From a virus, in the IMG/VR virus record IMGVR_UViG_3300033553_000338, positions 64,001 through 128,000 of that record: a stretch of DNA of 64,000 nt. One strand, written 5' to 3'. Below are positions 45,244 to 55,858 of the stretch, in pieces (the stretch's first letter is position 1; every line of letters starts with the position of its first letter). Under the pieces are notes generated by a model. That model was not told the origin of the DNA, made no database searches, and worked only from the letters and a program-made list of their open reading frames with translations. The translations under genes were made by a program, and so were the position numbers.

Positions 45244-46010
45244 TGGAAAGACCATTAGTTATATTTGACTTGGAAACCACAGGTACGGATATCTCTGAGG
45301 ACCGGATTGTCCAGATTGGGGTGATTAAGGTTAACACCGATGGTACAACAATCTCCAAGAAAAGCCTGGTCAATCCAGGAAGAGCAATTCCCAAGGAAGC
45401 CACGGAAGTTCATAAAATCACTGATGCTATGGTGTATGAAGCTCCAAAGTTTAAGCAGATTTCCAGTAGTTTTCATGCCTTTATCCAAGACTGTGATGTT
45501 GCTGGGTACAACTCCAACCAATTTGACGTTCCCCTGCTGATGGAGGAGTTTGAACGGGTGGGCATTACCTGGGATCTTTCAAAGGTTTCTCTGGTAGATG
45601 TTCTGGAGATTGAGCGCAAACTGAACAGCCATAAGCTTGGGGAAACCTATAAGCGGTACACAGGTAAGGAGTTGGAAGGAGCACACGATGCTTTAGCTGA
45701 TGTTGCAGCTACCCGGGATATCCTGGTACACCAGATCCTTGAAATTCGGAAACTTCTTAAAAAGAATAGTCTCTCCCTGGTAGAACTTACTAATTTTATC
45801 CAAGCAGATGGTCCCAGGAAATTCGACCTGGCCGGTAAGATGATTATTGATGAAGGGGGAGTTGTCCGATGGACATTCGGAAAATACAAAGGAAAGAATA
45901 TCAAGACTTACCCGGACTACGCAAAATGGTTCTTGTCAGGAAGTTTTCCAACAGAATCTAAAGCGAAGCTTAAAGAACATTTTTCTACGGGTGCTCTAAA
46001 GTTGATTTAA
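45243..46010 (+). CDS. DEDDh 3'-5' exonuclease (DnaQ/Pol III epsilon-like)
   Basis: FDLETTG, GYNSNQFD, AHDALADV and C-terminal FGKYKG. Confidence 0.92.
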   Translation: MERPLVIFDLETTGTDISEDRIVQIGVIKVNTDGTTISKKSLVNPGRAIPKEATEVHKITDAMVYEAPKFKQISSSFHAFIQDCDVAGYNSNQFDVPLLMEEFERVGITWDLSKVSLVDVLEIERKLNSHKLGETYKRYTGKELEGAHDALADVAATRDILVHQILEIRKLLKKNSLSLVELTNFIQADGPRKFDLAGKMIIDEGGVVRWTFGKYKGKNIKTYPDYAKWFLSGSFPTESKAKLKEHFSTGALKLI

Positions 46011-46135
46011 TTCGTATAACACTTTTGAATATACAAATTAGTTACTACCTTTAGACTCGCTTTTCAATCGAGTTATGTGTCTATTTTTAAACTGGTAAGT
46101 GTCGTTAACCCGGCACTTACTTTAAAACTCCAACT

Positions 46136-47641
46136 ATGGAAGATTCATTCAATCCCGATGATATACAATTCATCGTTGTTGATTTATTTGCCGGTGCCGG
46201 TGGTGTTACCACGGGTATTGAACGGGCAAGTTTTCTTGACAAAAAAGTCGCGGTGGTGATTGCTGCCGTAAATCATGACATACTGGCCATTGAAAGTCAT
46301 AAGGCCAATCATCCTCATGCCCATCATTTTATCGAGGATGTACGGACGCTGGAAATGTGCAAATTAATCCCCATTATTGATACATATCGAAAGGTATATA
46401 AGAATGCCAAGCTAATCCTATGGGCCTCTGCTGAGTGTACTCATTTTAGCGTAGCCAAAGCCGGGCCGAAGGATGAGGGTAGCAGGACACTTCCGGAAGC
46501 TTTGTACAAGTACATTGATGCCATTAACCCCAGCTATGTTCTGGTAGAGAACGTAAAGGAATTCAAAGATTGGGGCCCCTGTGATGATAACCTCTGCCCA
46601 ATTAAGGATAGGAAAGGGGAATACTTTAAGGCCTGGAAGAATGAGATCCGATCACGCGGCTACAAATACTCCAGCACGATTGACAACGCTGCGGATTTTG
46701 GTGGATACACCAGTCGTATTCGATACTTTGGAGGTTTTTACAGACCGTTTGAGAAGATGGTTCACCCCAAGCGAACCCACAGTAATAAAGCTGATGAAGG
46801 TTTAAAACCACATCTTCCTGTTAAGGATGTTCTGGACTTGGAAGATCACGGGAACTGTATTTTTGCAAAGCAGAAGAGTGACAACACGTATCGAAGGATC
46901 TACGAGGGACTGCAGAAGCATACCCCACAGGAGTCAACCTTCTTAACCCAGTACAACGGGGCCAGCGGAAGTCACAACATCCTGAAGCCTTGCGGGACCT
47001 TGACCACCAAAGACCGGTTTGGGAAAATTGCCGTGAGTTTTTTGGATAAGCAGTATGGTACCGGAGTTGCACAAAGCTTGGACAGACCGTCACCAACGCT
47101 GACCACCAATCCAAAAGTTCGGTTGGTGACAGCTCAGTTCATGGACCAGCAGTATGGTAATAGTAAGCCAAGGAGCTTGGACGTACCCAGTGGATCACTG
47201 ACTACAACACCCAAGCAAAACCTGGTGACAGCTCAATTCCTGGATAACCCTCAATGGGGAGGAAACTCCTGGTCCATTGACCGGCCATGTTTCACACTGA
47301 TTGCCCGGATGGATAAAGCTCCTGCGGGAATGGTTACAGTAGAGCAGCAGGAAAGTAGGCCTGACATTCCATTTTTGGATAATGACACCCCTTATCAACG
47401 GAAGATCAAGGAGTTCATGATCCTCAACTATATTGCCAAGATTTCAATGAGAATGCTGAATATTCCTGAAATGCTGCGGATCATGGGGTTTGGTGCAGAT
47501 TATATCCTGAAAGGGGGAGTTACCGCACAGAAGCGATTTATCGGAAATGCCGTGCATTGTGATTACGCTGAGGCTTGGTTTGAAGCATTGGCTGAGGTGA
47601 ATACCCCGGTCAAAGTTGAAGAATTACAGTTAGCAAGCTAA
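46136..47641 (+). CDS. C5 DNA cytosine methyltransferase with repeated target-recognition segments
   Basis: DLFAGAGG, SAECTHFS, ENV, RIR and IGNAV motifs. Confidence 0.92.
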   Translation: MEDSFNPDDIQFIVVDLFAGAGGVTTGIERASFLDKKVAVVIAAVNHDILAIESHKANHPHAHHFIEDVRTLEMCKLIPIIDTYRKVYKNAKLILWASAECTHFSVAKAGPKDEGSRTLPEALYKYIDAINPSYVLVENVKEFKDWGPCDDNLCPIKDRKGEYFKAWKNEIRSRGYKYSSTIDNAADFGGYTSRIRYFGGFYRPFEKMVHPKRTHSNKADEGLKPHLPVKDVLDLEDHGNCIFAKQKSDNTYRRIYEGLQKHTPQESTFLTQYNGASGSHNILKPCGTLTTKDRFGKIAVSFLDKQYGTGVAQSLDRPSPTLTTNPKVRLVTAQFMDQQYGNSKPRSLDVPSGSLTTTPKQNLVTAQFLDNPQWGGNSWSIDRPCFTLIARMDKAPAGMVTVEQQESRPDIPFLDNDTPYQRKIKEFMILNYIAKISMRMLNIPEMLRIMGFGADYILKGGVTAQKRFIGNAVHCDYAEAWFEALAEVNTPVKVEELQLAS

Positions 47642-47831
47642 ATATTTAATAATGAACTACAAAGAGAATGTTTCTTATGTATCAATATGGGTGATTATCA
47701 TTTTGGTAACCCTAAGTTGGTCCGCATTTATCACGGTGTCCTTGTTGGACTTCTTCAATGTAATCAATGTGGCTAAAGCCCTTGAAAGTCTGAAGTGCTT
47801 ATCTATATTTTTAAATAAATAAATAAAAAGA

Positions 47832-48257
47832 ATGAACAAATTTGAAGTGAAGATATCCTATTTAGGGATAGATGAAAAAGGTAATGCAAAACAACAGGCA
47901 GTTGTTATGTTGGTTGATGCAGTGAGTTTCGGGGAAGCCGAAGAAAAGGCTTATAAAAAGTATGATGGTTTTGATCTTCTTTCGGTGAAGGCTATCAAGT
48001 TTTCAAAAATTTACGAGGTCTCTGCCGTTGAGGAGAGTGAGGATGAAGAAACATCAAGCTTTTTCGAGTGTACAGTTCAATTTGTAAGCATTGATGAGAA
48101 TGGTAAAAAACCAAAGGTTATCAAGCAAATCATTCTTGTCCCTGCATTGACCAATGATGATGCCAGCATCAAGCTGAAAGAGCACTTATCAGGTATGATG
48201 GTTGACTACGATGTAGTCCGGGTTTCTTTCTCCCAGATTAAAGAGATTGTCGCTTAG
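47832..48257 (+). CDS. DUF4494-like protein
   Basis: LVDAVSFGEAEE...FVSIDENGKKPK...MMVDY; Bacteroidota-type family. Confidence 0.75.
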   Translation: MNKFEVKISYLGIDEKGNAKQQAVVMLVDAVSFGEAEEKAYKKYDGFDLLSVKAIKFSKIYEVSAVEESEDEETSSFFECTVQFVSIDENGKKPKVIKQIILVPALTNDDASIKLKEHLSGMMVDYDVVRVSFSQIKEIVA

Positions 48258-48274
48258 TTTTTATTTTGAAGAAT

Positions 48275-48305
48275 AGGAAGGCCATGTCATGTGGCCTTCC
48301 TTTTT
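48275..48305 (+). terminator. Rho-independent terminator
   Basis: AGGAAGGCCAT-GTCAT-GTGGCCTTCCT plus T-run. Confidence 0.75.
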
Positions 48306-48333
48306 AATGGTCATTGTTAACAATAACATAATC

Positions 48334-48840
48334 ATGAAAGAATTTAATATTGGTGTAACCCGAATTGGGTACGCTTCAAAAACCATTTCAGTCTATACTG
48401 ACACGGAAGCAGAGGCTGTAAATACGGCCATGGAGATTGCCGGCAACCTTGAATTTTCAGAACAGACAGCGGAGTACTCAGCTCCTGGAAACCTCTCTGG
48501 GGAAGACCAGAGACATGAGCAGTTTATCCGGATGTTGGATCATAACCGGGAGCTGTCCAGCTTTCTACGCGAGACCGTTAAAGCTATCCAAAGTGGTAAC
48601 CTGAGAGAACTACTCAAATCCGTGAAGGGTGAAGAGTATGGCAGTAGGGTAGATACCGCAAAACCTCAGGAATGGGTCCACACAATGAGGGATGAGTGCA
48701 ATTACTCCCCGGAATACTTTGTCTGGGATTACAACGGTAATTCCATAGGTGGAGAGCCTTTCAATGTTGCTGCCGCAGTAATACGAAGAGCCTTCAACAT
48801 TTGCAATAACGTTAAAATCGAAGAGCATGAGCAAAACTAG
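48334..48840 (+). CDS. Hypothetical protein
   Basis: Likely start MKEFNIG. Confidence 0.65.
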   Translation: MKEFNIGVTRIGYASKTISVYTDTEAEAVNTAMEIAGNLEFSEQTAEYSAPGNLSGEDQRHEQFIRMLDHNRELSSFLRETVKAIQSGNLRELLKSVKGEEYGSRVDTAKPQEWVHTMRDECNYSPEYFVWDYNGNSIGGEPFNVAAAVIRRAFNICNNVKIEEHEQN

Positions 48841-49765
48841 AAAGTTGGTTGATGTCTACCAAATGATTACGGACATGATCATTGAACAGCTCGAAAAAGG
48901 AACTGTGCCTTGGGCTCGTCCGTGGAATGGCCCGGGAGGATTTCCCAAAAACCTGATTTCGGGAAGAGGGTATCGTGGGATCAACCTGTTTGTACTGGGG
49001 CATTTTGCCTCTGTGTACGGGAGTCCTTATTTCTTAACCTTCAACCAGGCCAAGCGTCTGGGTGGGAATGTAAAGAAAGGATCCAAAGGAATTCCGGTGG
49101 TCTACTGGAAATTTCTCATCTATAAAGATAAGAATGGGGATGATGATGCTGATGGCAAAACGATTCCCATGCTGAAACACTTTACGGTGTTTAACCTGAA
49201 CCAGGTGGAGAATATGCCTGAGAAGTACCTACCCAAGGAAGAGGAAGAAAGCACCATTGTATTCAATCCAATCGCAGTAGCAGAGGATTTTGTCAATGGA
49301 TGGACGGACTGCCCCGAGATCCGGCACGGAGGCAATAGAGCGTATTACTCCGCTGCCAATTATGTGCAGATGCCTGACCAGGAATCTTTTAAAGCTTCCG
49401 AAAGGTACTACAGCACACTTTTTCACGAGCTGGTCCATGCTACCGGGCATTCTGACCATCTGGGCAGACATGCTATGCAAGCCAGTCACCAATTTGGCTC
49501 CAAGGATTATTCATTCGAAGAGCTTGTGGCCGAGATGGGATCAGGTTATGTAGCTGGCTTGTTGGGGATTGACAATGATATTGAGCAGTCTGCTTCTTAT
49601 ATCAATGGATGGTTAAAAACATTCAAAGCGGATAAGAAAGTCTTGATGAAAGCAGCTACCCAGTCCCAAAAGGCTGTGGAGTATATGGTGGATCACCAGA
49701 AAAACCCGGAGCTGTTTAAGGAATTGTTTAACATGGACATTGAAGAAATGGAGGAAGTAAAGTGA
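48827..49765 (+). CDS. ardC: ArdC-like ssDNA-binding antirestriction protein with zincin domain
   Basis: PWARPW, YRGIN, TFNQA, VFN, HELVHATGH and EELVAE. Confidence 0.9.
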   Translation: MSKTRKLVDVYQMITDMIIEQLEKGTVPWARPWNGPGGFPKNLISGRGYRGINLFVLGHFASVYGSPYFLTFNQAKRLGGNVKKGSKGIPVVYWKFLIYKDKNGDDDADGKTIPMLKHFTVFNLNQVENMPEKYLPKEEEESTIVFNPIAVAEDFVNGWTDCPEIRHGGNRAYYSAANYVQMPDQESFKASERYYSTLFHELVHATGHSDHLGRHAMQASHQFGSKDYSFEELVAEMGSGYVAGLLGIDNDIEQSASYINGWLKTFKADKKVLMKAATQSQKAVEYMVDHQKNPELFKELFNMDIEEMEEVK

Positions 49766-50190
49766 ATGTAATATCATTAAATAAAGACCCGGAACGGGAA
49801 GAGGAAAGTTTATTGAACTCACTGGTTCCAATAGACCTGGTGGTTGTCAGAGACTGTAGTCTGATTTCAATTACCCCGATGTATAAACGCAAAAAACAAG
49901 GAGATCCTATCGTGATTCCTGTGGAGAATGCCAGAGCATTGGCCAGAGCACTGGAGCTTGCCGTGGATCCTAACCAAAGGATGTATGAAAAAGCGGGTAT
50001 GTTTCTCTGTGAACCAGACGATCCGGATAACCCTGACTTTACACTTCGGGATGTTGTGGACCGTATCATTGATTTCGATGGGGACGGGGAAACCCCAATT
50101 GAAAATATCGATGGGGTGGTTCTATGGGAAAAAATGTCCAGTAATATTACAGTTGATGAATTTCTGGAGATGATTGAGTATGGAAGTTAA
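49762..50190 (+). CDS. Hypothetical protein
   Basis: Coupled ORF. Confidence 0.65.
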   Translation: MNVISLNKDPEREEESLLNSLVPIDLVVVRDCSLISITPMYKRKKQGDPIVIPVENARALARALELAVDPNQRMYEKAGMFLCEPDDPDNPDFTLRDVVDRIIDFDGDGETPIENIDGVVLWEKMSSNITVDEFLEMIEYGS

Positions 50191-51553
50191 ACTAACCAAT
50201 GACCAGGCAGTAGCCAAAAAGGAAGTTGTTAACTTCCTGAGGAGTAAGGATATCAATAAGATTGAACGTACTCTGATTGGATATGCCGGTACCGGAAAGA
50301 CTTTCCTGATCAATGATATCCTTAAAGAGTTCAATCACCTGCGGGTAGCAGCAGCTACGATCAGTCACTCTGCAAAGAACATTCTCAAAGAGCATGTCGG
50401 ACCCCATGTGGATTGTTATACGATTGCTCAGCTACTGGGCCTTCGTCAGACATACCGATATGGGAAGGAGGTATTTGTGCAGCAGCAGGGGATTGATATG
50501 ACACGGCTCCCCATTTACAACGCAAACATCCTGATCATCGATGAGTGTTCCATGATTGATGAGGAGTTCCATCAAATGATCCTAAATGCGATTCCCCCGG
50601 ATGGGGAGATGAAAATTCTTTACTCCGGGGATTCTGCCCAGTTGCCTCCCGTGAATGAAGACCGGTCTGGGAAAATTGAGATATCCCCAACATTTAAAAT
50701 AGCGGATGTCTCAGAACTTCGTGAGATTGTCCGGTATGGGGAAATTATTGGAACGGTTGCTAAATTTTACAGGGAGCTGATTGAATACCTGGATAAACGG
50801 GGTAATCCCCAGCTGGCCCTTCAGCAGATACACTCCTTCTACCCCAATTGGAATAATGGATCGGAGAGTATTGTGTACACCAATAATTCCAGGTGGTTTT
50901 TGGAACAGGCTATCCACGATTTTTCAGAGGATACACTAGGTACCCGGATCATCACGTATCGGAATGAGACCATCGATGTGAACAACAAGGTCATCCGGGA
51001 ATACTTTTATGCTGAGGATATCCCCTATGCTGTAGGTGAAGTTCTGATCCTCAATAGGCCTTTCAAACTGGCCGGAAGAGGGATGCCCAATGGTACGGTA
51101 TTTCAGATTAGCCAGGTGCATGAGAATTTTACGATCATCCCCAATATTGAGCCTTTACGTGGAGAGAAGAATGAAAAAGTTATCATTCCATCTTACCATG
51201 TCTGGGGGAACATCGTCAACCTGACAACCTTGGAAGCTGGGGAACCTTTTGAGTTCAACGCCATGCATCCAAATGGCAGGGAGTACTATGATGCCTTGAT
51301 GGATGAGTACAAACACCGGGCAAAAATCAGTGGCTCCTACTACAATGATATTTCGACATTGAGGGGAGCATTTATTGATGCCAATCGCTTTTACTGTGTG
51401 TCAGCCTATAAATCCCAGGGGCAGAGTATTCGAAACACCTATGTGATGTTATCAGACATCATGGACGTTCACAATCTGGATGTTGCAACCAAGCTGCGAA
51501 GCCTATATGTTGCAGTCACCAGGGCTAAGAAAAAATGTATCGTACTAATCTAA
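50174..51553 (+). CDS. Dda/RecD-like SF1B helicase
   Basis: GYAGTGKT, IIDECSM, GDSAQLPPV, KSQGQS and YVAVTRA. Confidence 0.92.
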   Translation: MSMEVKLTNDQAVAKKEVVNFLRSKDINKIERTLIGYAGTGKTFLINDILKEFNHLRVAAATISHSAKNILKEHVGPHVDCYTIAQLLGLRQTYRYGKEVFVQQQGIDMTRLPIYNANILIIDECSMIDEEFHQMILNAIPPDGEMKILYSGDSAQLPPVNEDRSGKIEISPTFKIADVSELREIVRYGEIIGTVAKFYRELIEYLDKRGNPQLALQQIHSFYPNWNNGSESIVYTNNSRWFLEQAIHDFSEDTLGTRIITYRNETIDVNNKVIREYFYAEDIPYAVGEVLILNRPFKLAGRGMPNGTVFQISQVHENFTIIPNIEPLRGEKNEKVIIPSYHVWGNIVNLTTLEAGEPFEFNAMHPNGREYYDALMDEYKHRAKISGSYYNDISTLRGAFIDANRFYCVSAYKSQGQSIRNTYVMLSDIMDVHNLDVATKLRSLYVAVTRAKKKCIVLI

Positions 51554-51557
51554 AACT

Positions 51558-53771
51558 ATGATCTATTTAATTTCAAACCGGACGTATCCGGTATCTTCAA
51601 AGTATCAAATGTGTGCCTTCAGCGACTTTAAGCAGTGGGTATTGCAACAGCAAGGTTATGAACTGGACATTGAGACCAACCTGGAGGAAGACATCCTTTT
51701 AAAGGAAATTCATGTTATCCAGTTTGGTTCCCTCTGTGGCCAATACCAGTTTGTGCTGGATGTTGAGGGGCTTACCCCGGAACAACTTGAAGAGCTGAAG
51801 GAAGTTCTTAGGAACGACAATCAAACCAAGGTAGGTTTCTATCTCCTGTTTGAGTATTCTGTCATCCTTCAGTGCTGGGGTGTCCGTATCAACAACCTGT
51901 TTGATGTGATGATCATGTTCAAGCTCTTGCTAAATGGGAGAGATCTGGAAGAGAACAATGATTTGAAGTTGGTAGACTGTTTACGCGAATACCTGGGGAT
52001 TGAAATCTCTAAGGATGAGCAAACAACATTTACCAAGTTACCCATGTCCGAACGTCAGATTATCTATGCAGCAACGGATGTGATGCACCTGACCAAGTTG
52101 ATAAATCTCGCGTATTCCTGGGAGTTGGAAGAGCCTTACTTTGAATGGGACCCCATGCGGAAAGCCTATCAGAATATGGGCACCCGGAGGTTTAAGCCTG
52201 CAGAGGAGATCCATGAATCCATTAAGCTTCGGATGAGGGCCTTACCTGCAATGGGTGAGATTCTGGTTAATCCGTTCAAGTTCAATAAGGAGACCTGGGA
52301 TCGAAACATCGTGTGGGCACAAGGAGAAGCTGACAAGGAGTATGCTATTATGGCCGGATACATCCGCGAAAACCTTTGGGATGAGTCAGTTGCGCTGGGA
52401 TTCCTTGTTCCAGAAGATCAGATCACCATCAAGTGGACCTCAACCAAGCAACGAGCTGAGGTCTTGAAGCTCCTTTATCCGGACCTGAACAACTTCAAAA
52501 TGCCGGCACTGCGGATCTACGAGAAAACCCTGGGTGAAAAGAACTACCTGAAGTATGTTCTGGACAAACAGTTTTCCGCGCTGAATGCCAGGCTGATTAG
52601 TGAGGTTCCTAACCTTTTCGAAGGTACTCCTTACTTTCAGAAGAAAGGGGAATTACTAATCAACTTCGGCTCACCTCCGCAACGATTAAAGTTGTTGCAA
52701 GTTGAGAACCCGGAATTAACATTCACCAATAAGGAAGCCTTGGAAAAAGTTGAGGGTCCTTTGGTGAATGCCTACAAAAACTGGGTTAAGAAAACCAAGC
52801 TGGTGTCCAGCTACGGAGAGAATTTCTACAAGTACATCTGTGTGGATGGTAACATCCGTGCCCGTAGCATTGACCCTGTACTGGTAACCGGACGAATAGC
52901 CATTAAGAAACCTGGGATGCAGACCATTCCAGCAGATGAAGGGTATTACATTGGTGACCGGTACCGGGAAGCTTTTGAAGCTCCAATTGATGACGAAGGG
53001 TACCAGTGGTGGGTGTCTGCCGTGGACTTTGGCTCACAGGAGTTAAATATTATTGCGGACATCTCGGAATGTAATGCCTGGATCTATGCCAACCAGAATG
53101 ACCTGGACATCCACTCCATATCTTCGGGACTTATTTTCAAAGATAAGTGGGTAGCCGCTGGGGGAGACCCGGGTGGAGACAAGGCCAAGGTAAAGCAGTA
53201 CAGCATGGATGCCAAGGAAATGCGTGGTAAGTCCAAGACCTGCTCTTTTGGGCTGGCCTTTGGACTGGGAGCTACGGGAGCTTCAAAAAAGATGGATGTT
53301 CCAATCCCTGAGGCTAAGCAGATTATCCATAGTTTCTTCACAGGTTTACCTGAGTTGGACGTTTATTTTGATAAAGCTGCTAAATTTGGACAGGCTAACG
53401 GATGGATCGCAACCATGCCTCCGTTTAATTTCAGAAGGTATTTTCCGGAATGGAATGAGTACCGGATGAGCAACAAGGCCTTTGGCAGTATTTCCAGGGA
53501 GAGTAAAAACTTCCGAATTCAGTCCATGGGTGGGGAACAGAGCTTACAAGCTTTGTACCTGATTTACCAAGCCATCAAAGAGAGGAATGAATGGGGAAGA
53601 GTTAAGATTGTATTCTCACTCCATGATGCCACTCAATGTTTGGTGAGGGATGATTACAAAGAAGAATGGGGGCAGCTCCATGTCAAAGCGATGGAAGAAG
53701 GGGCAATGATTAACATGAAGCATGTTAAAATCCCCGGGGACCTGACTATGACAAAAACCTGGACTAAGTAG
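51558..53771 (+). CDS. polA: Family A DNA polymerase with 3'-5' exonuclease domain
   Basis: LDIET, YAATDV, TGR, DFGSQEL (motif A), RGKSKTCSFGLAFG (motif B), NFRIQS and LHDA (motif C). Confidence 0.92.
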   Translation: MIYLISNRTYPVSSKYQMCAFSDFKQWVLQQQGYELDIETNLEEDILLKEIHVIQFGSLCGQYQFVLDVEGLTPEQLEELKEVLRNDNQTKVGFYLLFEYSVILQCWGVRINNLFDVMIMFKLLLNGRDLEENNDLKLVDCLREYLGIEISKDEQTTFTKLPMSERQIIYAATDVMHLTKLINLAYSWELEEPYFEWDPMRKAYQNMGTRRFKPAEEIHESIKLRMRALPAMGEILVNPFKFNKETWDRNIVWAQGEADKEYAIMAGYIRENLWDESVALGFLVPEDQITIKWTSTKQRAEVLKLLYPDLNNFKMPALRIYEKTLGEKNYLKYVLDKQFSALNARLISEVPNLFEGTPYFQKKGELLINFGSPPQRLKLLQVENPELTFTNKEALEKVEGPLVNAYKNWVKKTKLVSSYGENFYKYICVDGNIRARSIDPVLVTGRIAIKKPGMQTIPADEGYYIGDRYREAFEAPIDDEGYQWWVSAVDFGSQELNIIADISECNAWIYANQNDLDIHSISSGLIFKDKWVAAGGDPGGDKAKVKQYSMDAKEMRGKSKTCSFGLAFGLGATGASKKMDVPIPEAKQIIHSFFTGLPELDVYFDKAAKFGQANGWIATMPPFNFRRYFPEWNEYRMSNKAFGSISRESKNFRIQSMGGEQSLQALYLIYQAIKERNEWGRVKIVFSLHDATQCLVRDDYKEEWGQLHVKAMEEGAMINMKHVKIPGDLTMTKTWTK

Positions 53772-53804
53772 TTTACATTAACTCACTTTAATACCATTAA
53801 ACAC

Positions 53805-54722
53805 ATGTCACGATCAATTAAATTCAAGATTACTCAAGTAGAACCATTCACTAAGGCACAGCTAAGGAGACTGTATAATATTTCAGAATTTTTCTCCAGC
53901 AGCTTTGAGTGGTCTATTGATAAGTTTTGGGTCGGGCCGGGACCTATTGAACCTGTCCCTATACCTGGGAAGGACCCTAAGGAAGTAGCATTGACTATTT
54001 CCAAATCCATTGAAGCCTTAATGATAACAGGGTCTCACATGATTGATGCCATTGAATCATTGGAGCAGCAGGGAGTTCTAAAAAGTATTGTTCCGCTTCG
54101 ATCCAATACCTACATAGGAATATGTAGGGTAGGGGGCAATGAATCCAATGCCCGTCAAGTTGTCAAAGCACTCTCAGAAGTATCCATCATGTTGAGGGAT
54201 TCTTGTGTGTTTGTAGAGGATGAGGGGCATTACCTCAAAACGGATATCATCCTGAGGGAGGGTTCGGCTTTGCCAAATCCTCAATGGATCCGTAAATTAA
54301 TGAACGAGGTAGGAATATTCCTAACATCTTTTAATCAGGATGTTAGGGTGATGTCCTACTCAAAAACCTTAATGAAATATTTTATCCAGGATTGTGAAGT
54401 TCGGTTTAAAACTTACCAGCAAGTTCTCGCTTTATTGAATAGAGAGTACGGTATCAGCTTAAAGGCCATGGATGACTACAAAAACGTGGACACCATTCTT
54501 TGGCCAAGCTTCAACATGTTCACCCGATCAATCAAGGTAACTGACTTTGCTGAGTACACACCATCAATGGAAAACCTTATCGGGGGATATCTGGGGGAAT
54601 ACTGGGATCTTATTCCTGGGTATGACCCGGAAACCGAAAGCTACAGACTGTTGACGGAGATTCATCAAAAGCTGAAAAACCACAATCCTAAGATCAACGT
54701 GTTTCGTAGGGTGAGTGATTAA
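53805..54722 (+). CDS. Hypothetical protein
   Basis: 305-aa ORF. Confidence 0.75.
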   Translation: MSRSIKFKITQVEPFTKAQLRRLYNISEFFSSSFEWSIDKFWVGPGPIEPVPIPGKDPKEVALTISKSIEALMITGSHMIDAIESLEQQGVLKSIVPLRSNTYIGICRVGGNESNARQVVKALSEVSIMLRDSCVFVEDEGHYLKTDIILREGSALPNPQWIRKLMNEVGIFLTSFNQDVRVMSYSKTLMKYFIQDCEVRFKTYQQVLALLNREYGISLKAMDDYKNVDTILWPSFNMFTRSIKVTDFAEYTPSMENLIGGYLGEYWDLIPGYDPETESYRLLTEIHQKLKNHNPKINVFRRVSD

Positions 54723-54736
54723 CCAAAAATCTTACA

Positions 54737-55300
54737 ATGCAAATAATTAAAGGATTGGCAATCTTATGCCTGGTGTTATCCACCATAACTGTAAACTCCG
54801 GAACTATTGACCGGGATTATAAGTATGAACGGTACCATGAGGCTCAGGAGTATTGTCAAATTGAAGCGTTCCATGACCTTTTTATCAGTTCAATAGCATA
54901 CTTAAAGGAGGCCGAAGGTTTTTCTTCAGAGCTTTACCTGTGCCCAGCTGGGCATCTTACTATTGGATACGGTAAAAGTGTTCAGGACAGCAGTATCAAC
55001 CATGTCACAGAGGAAGTGGCAGAGGTTATGTTATACCTCCACTTTGAGGATGAAATTCAATACATCGAAAGGGATCTTCAAATGTCAAGGTATGACTCAC
55101 CAGGTAAGGTACTCGCATGTGCTTTATTTATTTACAACGTAGGGAGAGGTTCGTGGACAAAGAGTGCTATCAGAAAAAGTGTAAAACATGATTTGGATAT
55201 CTCAGGTGAGATTATGAAATGGGTACATATTAAGAAGAAAAAATCAAAAAGTCTTTTGAAAAGAAGGCAATTTGAACTAAATTTGTATATCGGTTCTTAA
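54737..55300 (+). CDS. GH24 phage-type lysozyme with N-terminal signal/anchor
   Basis: EAEGF...YLCPAGHLTIGYG, FIYNVGRG, LLKRRQFE; hydrophobic N-terminus. Confidence 0.85.
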   Translation: MQIIKGLAILCLVLSTITVNSGTIDRDYKYERYHEAQEYCQIEAFHDLFISSIAYLKEAEGFSSELYLCPAGHLTIGYGKSVQDSSINHVTEEVAEVMLYLHFEDEIQYIERDLQMSRYDSPGKVLACALFIYNVGRGSWTKSAIRKSVKHDLDISGEIMKWVHIKKKKSKSLLKRRQFELNLYIGS

Positions 55301-55335
55301 TTTACAGGTATCCAATATTTAAGAGGAAGGATTAT

Positions 55336-55857
55336 ATGAGCAACGTTGTTTATTCGTACAAATTTAATATCCCTCTGGGGATCACAGAATTTCTGGGGTA
55401 CCGGAGTAAGGATCAAATTAAATTTTACACCCTATACTTGGAATCGTTAAGAGATGACCGGCTGGAAGTCGTAATTTTCAAAAAGCTGTTAAGACGATTA
55501 GGTAGTCTGGGGATTATTCAGTTTCGGAAGGTGTCCAGGATCCTAAATATCCTGGAAGAGTATGAAGAGGAGAATATCCCAATGACCAATGGGTTCCGTA
55601 CTGTGACGTACAATGACACAACACCGGTAGTTTCTACCAATTTAGTGACTAAAGCCAGAAGGCTTGGGTTACAAGGGGCAAATTGTCAGTCTTCTTTCCA
55701 CCACCGTCTCATCAAGCTAATTACTTATCCTGCTGTGCTGATTGACATCAGCCGTACTGTGATGCTGAAATTAGTGACTATGGGGGCAATGGATCAAGAG
55801 ACTTTTAATGAGCTTGATCATGACTTTGTTAATTATCAATTAGAGGAGTTGATATAA
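55336..55857 (+). CDS. Hypothetical protein
   Basis: 173-aa ORF. Confidence 0.7.
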   Translation: MSNVVYSYKFNIPLGITEFLGYRSKDQIKFYTLYLESLRDDRLEVVIFKKLLRRLGSLGIIQFRKVSRILNILEEYEEENIPMTNGFRTVTYNDTTPVVSTNLVTKARRLGLQGANCQSSFHHRLIKLITYPAVLIDISRTVMLKLVTMGAMDQETFNELDHDFVNYQLEELI

Positions 55858-55858
55858 C

